64,000 nucleotides of DNA, from NCBI GenBank assembly GCA_016214845.1, contig JACRMS010000016.1, positions 20,488 to 84,487 of the forward strand, written 5' to 3'. Positions 49,431 to 56,988 of the stretch are shown here, piece by piece. The stretch is from Nitrospirota bacterium (lineage in GTDB: Bacteria > Nitrospirota > Thermodesulfovibrionia > UBA6902). The notes under the pieces were generated by a model. It was not told the origin of the DNA. It made no database searches and saw only the letters and a program-made list of their open reading frames with translations. The position numbers were made by a program, and so were the translations under genes. Each line of letters begins with the position of its first letter. Positions within the stretch are counted from its first letter, which is position 1.

Positions 49431-50411
49431 ATGATTTCAATCGTGGTCCCCACATACAATGCCGCACGGTTTATGCCTGACCTCCTTGGTTCTATTTTCA
49501 GAAACAAAGTCGACGATATGGAAGTGATCATCGTCGATGACTGCTCAAAGGACGATACTGTAAAGATCGCGAAGAACTATCCCTTGAAGGTTATCGAACT
49601 GGGAAAGAACGGAGGGCCTGCGAAGGCGAGAAATATCGGGGTGGCGGAAGCCAAAGGCGATATAATATTCTTTCTTGATTCAGACGTGATCGTGCTGGAC
49701 GGGGCCATTAAGGAAGTCAAGGATTATTTCGATAAGAACCCCACTGAGAAATGCATTATAGGCGTATGCGCCACCGAGCCTCTGAACAAGGGGTTTGTCC
49801 CCAGATACATGGCGATGTTTGAATATATTCATCTTATCGGGACCCCCGGAAACAGGGTGAGCGTATTCGCACCGAGATGCGGCGCGATCAGGAAAGATTT
49901 TTTCCAGGAGATCGGCGGATACAATGAATCCTACAAGGGAGCTGATGTGGAAGACTTTGAGCTGGCAAGAAGGATAAACAGGACAGACCCCATTATCTTA
50001 AACAGGAACGTCATGGTGAAGCACCAGTTTGCCGGCTTCAGGCAGGCAGTGAGGAATTATTTCAAGCGCGCGGTGATGTGGATGCACCTGTTCTTCAGGG
50101 AAAAGAAGCTTGATAACGCGGGGCCGACAGCGCCCGGAAACGGGATAGCGGCGATGTGCGCTTTTTTCAGTTTTATCACTTTGTTCTTCATGCCGTTTAT
50201 TGACGAAGCAAAGTATGTCGTCCTTGCGCTCTTTCATGTCTTCGTTATCGCAAACTTTAAGTGGTGGAATTTCATGCGCAAAGAGGCGGGATTTCCATTT
50301 GCGGTGAAGGCGCTCTTCTTAAATTATTTTCTGGGGATTGATATCATGATAGCAGCGATGTACGCCGTAATAAGTTATCCATTATCTAAAAAGGAGATAC
50401 TGCCGAGTTGA
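49431..50411 (+). CDS. GT2-family glycosyltransferase with C-terminal TM helices
   Basis: ISIVVPTYNAARFM...IIVDDCSKDDT...FLDSDVIV. Confidence 0.75.
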   Translation: MISIVVPTYNAARFMPDLLGSIFRNKVDDMEVIIVDDCSKDDTVKIAKNYPLKVIELGKNGGPAKARNIGVAEAKGDIIFFLDSDVIVLDGAIKEVKDYFDKNPTEKCIIGVCATEPLNKGFVPRYMAMFEYIHLIGTPGNRVSVFAPRCGAIRKDFFQEIGGYNESYKGADVEDFELARRINRTDPIILNRNVMVKHQFAGFRQAVRNYFKRAVMWMHLFFREKKLDNAGPTAPGNGIAAMCAFFSFITLFFMPFIDEAKYVVLALFHVFVIANFKWWNFMRKEAGFPFAVKALFLNYFLGIDIMIAAMYAVISYPLSKKEILPS

Positions 50412-50521
50412 ACCACAGAGACACGGAGGCACAGAGTCAAGGAGTCAAGAATATATATTTTTTGCTTTTTTAGCTTACATTTTTTCTCTGTGTCTCAGTG
50501 CCTCAGTGGTTAAAAAAAATT
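50411..50521. repeat. second copy of AACCAC(A/G)GAGACAC(G/A)GAGGCAC inverted-repeat element
   Basis: aaccacagagacacggaggcacagag ... ctctgtgtctcagtgcctcagtggtt, with a gagtcaaggagtcaag tandem in the loop and an A8 run after. Confidence 0.65.
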
Positions 50522-51985
50522 ATGAATAAAAATTTAGTCGTCTTGGCTTACGCAAATGCAAGTCCGTTCCCCTATCACGCGTGGACGCCTCTTGCGATCC
50601 TTTCCCTCGGTGCTTACCTTGAAAAGCAAGGTATAGAAGTTGAATACTTTGACGAAAGGATCCACAAAATAGAAAGGTTTAAAGAACTCGTTGCAAGAAA
50701 ACCCCTCCTGCTCGGGCTTTCCACCATGACCTGTTTTCAGATCAAGAATACCCTGCGGCTTTCAAAGCTCGCGCGAAAGATCGCCCCTGAGGTCCCCCTT
50801 GTCTGGGGAGGGACGCATCCCTCCATGATGGCGGAGCAGACACTTGAATCCGAACTTGTAGATTTTGTTGTAAAGGGAGAAGGCGAGCAGACCCTGCTTG
50901 AATTAGTGCGCGCATTGCAGGGAGGGAATAAGGATTTCAGCGGCATTGACGGCCTCGGCTGGAAGGGCAACGGGAAGAACACTTTGAACAATGACAGAGA
51001 GTTTCTCGATATAGAAACCTTACCGTTTCCCTATGACGGCAAAGGCAAGGACATACTGCTGGAATACCTCAGAAGGTCTTCCGATACACTGGAGAATATC
51101 GGCTATGAATCGTCAAGGGGATGCCCGCATAAATGCGGGTTCTGCTATAACGTTTATTTTCATAAAAACGTTTGCCGTGTAAAAAGCGTTGATAAGGTCA
51201 GGAACGAACTCCTGAAACTGAAGGCCCTCGGCGTCAACAAATTAACTTTCTATGACGATACATTTCTTGCAGGCAAAAAGGACATGATGCTGAACATCCT
51301 CGACTTGCTGAGAGAAAACAATTTTAAATGGATAGCCAATGTAAGGATAAATACTTTCAGCCCTGAGCTGTTGAAAAAGTTTGAAGACAGCGGGTGCGTT
51401 TATCTGTTCTTTGGAGTTGAGTCTCCGGATGACGACGTTCTGAAATACATCAGAAAAGGGCAGAACAGGAGAATGATCGACGAGGGGATTGCCACAGTGT
51501 CAAAGGGAAATATCAAGACCCTCTACTCTCTGATAATCGGTCTTCCCAACCAGACGGATGAGATGCTTAAAAGGACGCTTGATTTTGCGGATGAGATACG
51601 CAGGCTGCATCCCGGCGCGGAGGTGCCCATACAGCCGTATGTCCCGCTTCCCGGTACGGCATTATATGAGGAGGCATTGAAGGCGGGTTTCAAACCGCCG
51701 ACGCACCTTGAGGGATGGAAGAACTTCACCAATGATGAGGTACGGAATCCCTGGATAAAAGATCCGGCGCTTCTGCACGCGATCTACATCAATACTTTTC
51801 TCGCGTTCCGTTATGACAGGTTCCTCAGAAACTTCTGGAGCCGTCTGGTGTTCGGACCGTTGCATTCATTGTCCCTCTGGAGATGGAAGAACAGGAACTA
51901 CAAGTTTTTCTTTGAACTCTATCTCTACCTCACATACAAACGCCTCGGTAGGTTCTTTATCTTTATTGAGAAGATGATAAAGTAG
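50522..51985 (+). CDS. B12-binding-domain radical SAM protein (class B rSAM)
   Basis: N-terminal cobalamin-binding Rossmann-like domain, then SSRGCPHKCGFCYN (CxxxCxxC). Confidence 0.75.
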   Translation: MNKNLVVLAYANASPFPYHAWTPLAILSLGAYLEKQGIEVEYFDERIHKIERFKELVARKPLLLGLSTMTCFQIKNTLRLSKLARKIAPEVPLVWGGTHPSMMAEQTLESELVDFVVKGEGEQTLLELVRALQGGNKDFSGIDGLGWKGNGKNTLNNDREFLDIETLPFPYDGKGKDILLEYLRRSSDTLENIGYESSRGCPHKCGFCYNVYFHKNVCRVKSVDKVRNELLKLKALGVNKLTFYDDTFLAGKKDMMLNILDLLRENNFKWIANVRINTFSPELLKKFEDSGCVYLFFGVESPDDDVLKYIRKGQNRRMIDEGIATVSKGNIKTLYSLIIGLPNQTDEMLKRTLDFADEIRRLHPGAEVPIQPYVPLPGTALYEEALKAGFKPPTHLEGWKNFTNDEVRNPWIKDPALLHAIYINTFLAFRYDRFLRNFWSRLVFGPLHSLSLWRWKNRNYKFFFELYLYLTYKRLGRFFIFIEKMIK

Positions 51986-52157
51986 GTAAATCCGCAGATG
52001 TCACAGATTACACAGATTTAATTCAAGAATCCTCATTCTTATAATCAGGATCCTAAAACATACAGTCACAATTTCCAAAAGAATCTATTTGCAATTTATA
52101 TGCTTATTATTGTAATTTTCATTATCTGCGAAATCTGTGGATAAAATTACTTAACTT

Positions 52158-53882
52158 ATGCCCAAAATTGCTGTTCTCCCAGAGATATTAATCAACAAGA
52201 TCGCCGCTGGCGAAGTAATTGAACGGCCCGCATCGGTTGTCAGGGAATTGATTGATAATTCCATTGACGCCGGCGCGACACAGATAAATATTGAGGTCCT
52301 TCACGGAGGGAAAAAACTCATCAAGGTTTCAGACAACGGTTCCGGCATGGAAAAGGATGACGCCTTGCTTTGTTTTGAGAGACACGCGACAAGCAAGATC
52401 AAATCGGAGGACGACCTTTTCGATATATCCACTCTTGGTTTCAGGGGCGAGGCATTGCCAGCCATAGCTTCAGTCTCGAAAATAACGCTTCTGACAGCCA
52501 CTGCAAATTCTGGGTCGGGTTTAAAAATAGAGATCGGCGCCGGCCAGAAAAAAGAAATAACAGACGCGCCTCCTTCGCGGGGCACGACAATCGAGATAAG
52601 GGACATTTTCTACAACACCCCGGCGCGGAGGAAATTCCTGAAAAGCACGACCACCGAACTCTCCCATATCATCGAGATAGTCACACAGAAGGCGTTCGCG
52701 TATCCTGAGACAGCTTTTTCTCTCACGCATAACAACAGTGAAATTCTGAATGTCCCTGCGGCTGCAAATCTCAGGGAAAGGTTCATTCAACTCTACAATG
52801 ATGAATTGGCCAATGAATTCCTTGAGACGGGAAAGGACGAAAGAGGGACAAAGGTTTACGGGTTTGTGTCCGCGCCTGATTTCGCGAGGGCCAGGAGAAG
52901 CCATCAGTACATATTCGTAAACAAACGCCCGGTGAAAAACCCGACCATCAGCCATGCGGTTTATAATGCCTACACCAACCTGATCGCAAAGGACAGGCAT
53001 CCCGCGTATTTTCTTTTTCTTGATATTGATCCAAAGAGGGTGGATGTTAACGTGCATCCGGCAAAGCGCGAGGTGAGATTTGAAAGCCCGGATGAGGTCC
53101 ACAGGATAGTGGGGTCTGCAATTCAGGAGGCCATGAATCCTCATCACGACAAAGAGACGGGCCAGGTCCCTGCTTCTGACACTGCTTTTGAAACCCGGCA
53201 GTATACGGGACATCAATTACATGATAATCCCTTTGTCCGTGAATCTGCATTGGGGATGTTCAACTTATCGCAGACGGATTTTTTTACCTCAGGCGTCACA
53301 CAGGACATCAGGAAGTTCTTTTATCTTGGAGAATGTTTTTTTGCGACTGCTACCAATGACGGGCTGCTGATCATTGATCAACATGCCGCGCATGAAAGGA
53401 TACTGTTTGAAAAGTTCCTGAAGAAAACATCCGTTGAAACAGAAGCCCTCTTCCTCCCCATGCGGCTGGAGCTGCCCCTCAAAGAGTATCACCTTATTAT
53501 CAAGCATAAAGATTTCCTCCGGGAACTTGGAATTGACATGGATGATTTTGGAGGGAGCAATGTAATTGTAAGGTCATTGCCGAAGGAGTTGAACAAGGCA
53601 GATATGAAGGGGCTTCTCATAGATATAGCTGCCGGCATTATCGAGGAAGAAACAAGCGGGATAAAGAGTGACGTGACGGGACAGAGTCTTTTAAGAAATA
53701 TAGCGGCCCGGCTTGCGTGCCATAAATCGGTGAGGGGAAGCGAGCCGCTTAACAACGAGGAATTGACAAGGCTGATGTCCGACCTTGATAAGGCAGATGA
53801 CCCTGACAGATGCCCGCACGGCAGGCCGACAAGAATTCACCTTTCTCTTGATGATCTGAAGAAAATGTTCAAAAGAAAATAA
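52158..53882 (+). CDS. mutL: DNA mismatch repair protein MutL
   Basis: IAAGEVIERPASVVRELIDNSIDAGAT (GHKL ATPase); C-terminal dimerisation domain. Confidence 0.9.
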   Translation: MPKIAVLPEILINKIAAGEVIERPASVVRELIDNSIDAGATQINIEVLHGGKKLIKVSDNGSGMEKDDALLCFERHATSKIKSEDDLFDISTLGFRGEALPAIASVSKITLLTATANSGSGLKIEIGAGQKKEITDAPPSRGTTIEIRDIFYNTPARRKFLKSTTTELSHIIEIVTQKAFAYPETAFSLTHNNSEILNVPAAANLRERFIQLYNDELANEFLETGKDERGTKVYGFVSAPDFARARRSHQYIFVNKRPVKNPTISHAVYNAYTNLIAKDRHPAYFLFLDIDPKRVDVNVHPAKREVRFESPDEVHRIVGSAIQEAMNPHHDKETGQVPASDTAFETRQYTGHQLHDNPFVRESALGMFNLSQTDFFTSGVTQDIRKFFYLGECFFATATNDGLLIIDQHAAHERILFEKFLKKTSVETEALFLPMRLELPLKEYHLIIKHKDFLRELGIDMDDFGGSNVIVRSLPKELNKADMKGLLIDIAAGIIEEETSGIKSDVTGQSLLRNIAARLACHKSVRGSEPLNNEELTRLMSDLDKADDPDRCPHGRPTRIHLSLDDLKKMFKRK

Positions 53883-53906
53883 AACAATTAGTCCCTCTGA
53901 AAGCAA

Positions 53907-54050
53907 TCAGGGAATGCTGCCTCAGAATTTCTATACGACACCTTTAAGAAGAGCCAAGGGCATGGCGCAGCGTAGGGTTTAAAAATGACAGAAATTGCAC
54001 TTAAACAAAATTTAAATATTCTGTCGATTATAGAAATTCTGAGGCAGTGT
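53907..54050. repeat. ~30-bp terminal inverted repeats (AATCAGGGAATGCTGCCTCAGAATTTCTATA / TATAGAAATTCTGAGGCAGTGTTCCCTG) flanking ~93 bp between convergent mutL and fabF
   Basis: 19 bp perfect, about 28 bp with 2 mismatches. No ORF inside. Confidence 0.65.
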
Positions 54051-54062
54051 TCCCTGTTTGCG

Positions 54063-55403
54063 CTAACCGTTTGAATGGAATCTCTTCAACACCAGCACTG
54101 CATTCACCCCCCCAAAGCCGAAGGAGTTTGTGACAGCGACGTTTATCTCTTTCTCGATTGTTGATGTCACATGTTTTAGTTTGCAATCCGCGTCCGGCTC
54201 ATCGAGATTGATTGTCGGTACGATGATCCCCCTGCTGATTGAGATCACCGTTATTGCCGCTTCCACTGCCCCGGCAGCGCCTAACATGTGCCCCAGCATG
54301 GATTTGCATGAGCTTACGTAAATATCACCCGTCAATTTGCCAAATACTTTTTTGATCGCCTCAGTCTCCGCCGCATCCCCAAGGGGAGTTGACGTAGCGT
54401 GTGCGTTTATATAATCAACTTCATTTGCTGAGACATTAGCGTCTTTCAATGCCCTGTTGATCGCGAGGGCTTCACCTTCACTGTCCGGCTGTGTCTGATG
54501 AAACGCATCTGAAGACATTCCATATCCTGACAGCTCCGCGTAGATCCTTGCCCCTCTTTTGCGAGCGCTGTCGAGTTCTTCAAGAACAACAACCCCGGCG
54601 CCTTCGGCAATAACAAATCCGTCCCTGTGTTTATCAAAAGGCCTGCTTGCCTTTTCAGGTTCATGGTCCATTCTTGAAAGCGCCCCTGATGCCGCGTATC
54701 CGCCAACCGCAAGTTTGCAAATAGGCGCATCCGAGCCTCCGGCAATGGCAATGGCAACCTCGCCCCGCTGGACCATCCGGAATGCCTCTCCGATCGCGTT
54801 CGTTCCCGATGCGCACGCAGTTGATATTCCCAGCGCAGCGCCTCTTATTCCCAGCTTCATGGAGATGTAAGACGGGGCCATGCTGATCGTTGTCGCAGGC
54901 ATAAGATAAGGCGAAAAGCCTGACGCGTGATGCGTAATGCGTGATGAGACAGTCTGTCTTCTGTCCTCTGTTTTCTGACTTCTGACAAATGCCTTTTCCA
55001 AAGTCGATATCCCGCCCCTGCTTGAGCCGATGACGATTCCTGCGAAATCGAGTGACGGGTGACGGGTGATGGGTAACGAGATTAGTTCGGAGTCTTTTCT
55101 GACTTCTGACTTCTGACTTCTGACTTCTGCTTTCATCAGTCCCGCGTCTTCCGCTGCCATCATTGCCGCTGCTACTGCGTAATGGATAAAAGGATCAAGC
55201 CGCTGAATATCTTTTTTTGAGATATACTTTTCAGGAGAGAAGTCTTTTACTTCCCCGGCGATCCGGCCCGTCAGGTCAGAGGGGTCAAATTTAGTTATGG
55301 GTCCTATGCCGGACCTTTTTTTGGTTAAATTCTCCCATGTCGTCTCTATGTCATTGCCAAGCGGCGTCACCGCGCCGATACCAGTAATTACAACCCGTCT
55401 CAT
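54063..55403 (-). CDS. fabF: 3-oxoacyl-ACP synthase II with two in-frame heptamer-repeat insertions
   Basis: RRVVITGIGAVTPLG; active-site region ...GAALGISTACASG...; C-terminal HATSTPLGD and GHMLGAAG. Extra segments KAEVRSQKSEVRKDSELISLPITRHPSLD and VRSQKTEDRRQTVSSRITHHAS are encoded by (GAAGTCA)n, (CACCCGT)3 and (CATYACG)3 arrays. Confidence 0.8.
   Translation of the reverse strand: MRRVVITGIGAVTPLGNDIETTWENLTKKRSGIGPITKFDPSDLTGRIAGEVKDFSPEKYISKKDIQRLDPFIHYAVAAAMMAAEDAGLMKAEVRSQKSEVRKDSELISLPITRHPSLDFAGIVIGSSRGGISTLEKAFVRSQKTEDRRQTVSSRITHHASGFSPYLMPATTISMAPSYISMKLGIRGAALGISTACASGTNAIGEAFRMVQRGEVAIAIAGGSDAPICKLAVGGYAASGALSRMDHEPEKASRPFDKHRDGFVIAEGAGVVVLEELDSARKRGARIYAELSGYGMSSDAFHQTQPDSEGEALAINRALKDANVSANEVDYINAHATSTPLGDAAETEAIKKVFGKLTGDIYVSSCKSMLGHMLGAAGAVEAAITVISISRGIIVPTINLDEPDADCKLKHVTSTIEKEINVAVTNSFGFGGVNAVLVLKRFHSNG
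54917..54990. repeat. heptamer element inside fabF: (CGTGATG/CGTAATG)x3 + spacer + (CTGACTT)x2
   Basis: cgtgatgcgtaatgcgtgatg agacagtctgtcttctgtcctctgt tttctgacttctgac. Confidence 0.8.
55047..55130. repeat. heptamer element inside fabF: (GTGACGG)x3 + spacer + (CTGACTT)x3-4
   Basis: gtgacgggtgacgggtgatgg gtaacgagattagttcggagtc ttttctgacttctgacttctgacttctg. Confidence 0.8.
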
Positions 55404-55508
55404 GATGGGATATAGTAACACATGCGGTTTGCGATTCGGCATTCGCAGCGGCGGTCCCCACGCCCTGTGTTATAGAAAATTTTCCCTCTAAGAGGGTATT
55501 ATAAATCC

Positions 55509-55940
55509 ATGAATCGGACCACCGACGCGGTATCTCTTTTCAATACAGGTTTCAACTGAGCGCAATCGATATTGGCGGCTTACGGGGTTAAGCTGGGGCT
55601 TGATCATGAAACAGCGCTGAGGCTTGGGAACTTTTTCGGGGGCGGCATAGGGAGGATGGGAGATACCTGCGGAGCGGTGACCGGGGCGTTGATGGTCATC
55701 GGCCTTAAATACGGCACAGCAGATACGGGAAATAAAGCGTCAAAGGTAAAGGGTTATGACCTTTCAAAGAAATTTGTCGATGAATTTAAGGCCAGAAACA
55801 GGTCCGTCATTTGCAGGGAGCTTATAGGTTTTGACATAGGTTTAAAAAAAGACCTGGACGCTGACGCATGGATGATCATCTCTGAACGGTGTCCGAAATT
55901 TGTTCAGGATGCCGCGGAAATATTGGAGGAGATATTATGA
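55509..55940 (+). CDS. C_GCAxxG_C_C-family redox protein; selenoprotein with in-frame UGA (Sec) at 55557-55559
   Basis: ATG at 55509 gives [16 protein letters not shown]-[TGA][52 protein letters not shown]...CRELIG...[17 protein letters not shown]. The TGA sits exactly where this family has its first conserved Cys (NCAQ). A hairpin cggctta-cggggt-taagctg starts 17 nt downstream of the TGA. Confidence 0.65.
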
Positions 55941-56413
55941 AGAAACTCACGCACATTGACAAAGAAGGCAAAGCCCGGATGGTTGATGTAGGCAATAAAC
56001 CTGCGACTCAGAGAGAAGCTGTGGCAACAGGCGCTGTTTACATGGAAAAGGAAACCCTCCGCCTTATTGCAGATAATAAGATCGCAAAGGGAAACGTCTT
56101 TGAAACAGCAAGGCTTGCGGGCATTATGGCTGCAAAGAAGACGCATGAACTGATCCCGCTGTGTCATCCGTTAAACATCACTTCCATTTCCGTAGATTTT
56201 ATGGCAGACAAGAAAAAGAACAAGGTTGACATCGAGGCAAAGGTAAAATGCACGGGGCAGACAGGCGTTGAGATGGAGGCGCTTACCGCTGTATCGGTTT
56301 CAGCCCTCACCATTTATGATATGTGCAAGGCGGTGGACAAGGCCATGGTCATCTCCGGCGTTATGCTTATTGAAAAGCGCGGCGGAAAAAGCGGCGAGTG
56401 GAAGCGAAAATAG
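55939..56413 (+). CDS. moaC: cyclic pyranopterin monophosphate synthase
   Basis: [28 protein letters not shown]...LIPLCHPL. Start overlaps the upstream stop (ATGA). Confidence 0.85.
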
Positions 56414-56416
56414 TCT

Positions 56417-56445
56417 TTGACTAAAATTATTCTTTCAGATAATAT
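56417..56445 (+). promoter_or_regulatory. sigma70-like promoter candidate for the nuoE-nuoF-fdhA operon
   Basis: TTGACT, 17 nt, then TAATAT, located 70 nt upstream of the NuoE-like start. Confidence 0.35.
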
Positions 56446-56516
56446 AACCTCCTTTAAAAAATCTTGTTTGATAGGCTATACTATTTATCCACAACTTTTC
56501 CGAAAAGGGTGATTCG

Positions 56517-56987
56517 ATGATCGAGAAGAAATGTGAACAGATTCTGGAAAAATATTACTCTCAGAAAGGCAGCGTAATATCCGTCCTTCAGGATGTGCAG
56601 GAGGCCTTCGGCTATATCCCCGAGGATGTGGTTTTCTGGTTTTCCGACAAGCTGAATATCCCCGCAAGCAATTTCTTCGGAGTGGCAACCTTCTACGCGC
56701 AGTTTTATCTGAAACCCCGCGGCAAAAACATTATAACGGCATGCTGCGGCACCGCGTGTCACGTCAGGGGCGCAAGCCCGATGATAAGCAGGATCAGGGC
56801 TGACCTGGCAATTGCCGAGGGAGAGAACACCACTGATGACGGGCAATTCACCTTTGAGAATGTAGCGTGTGTCGGCGCGTGCAGCATTGCGCCGGTGCTC
56901 ATTATAAATAAAAAGATCTACGGCAACATGTCCCCGGACAAGGCTTCAAAGACGTTGAAGGAATTTGAAACGGGTGAAGGCGATTAA
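56517..56987 (+). CDS. NuoE/HoxE-like thioredoxin-fold [2Fe-2S] subunit of NAD-dependent formate dehydrogenase
   Basis: ACCGTACHVRGA...CVGACSIAP is the canonical 4-Cys NuoE motif. Confidence 0.85.
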   Translation: MIEKKCEQILEKYYSQKGSVISVLQDVQEAFGYIPEDVVFWFSDKLNIPASNFFGVATFYAQFYLKPRGKNIITACCGTACHVRGASPMISRIRADLAIAEGENTTDDGQFTFENVACVGACSIAPVLIINKKIYGNMSPDKASKTLKEFETGEGD

Positions 56988-56988
56988 G

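Noticed and set aside
52521-53216. 231-aa minus-strand ORF
   Set aside because: Antisense to mutL. Spurious.
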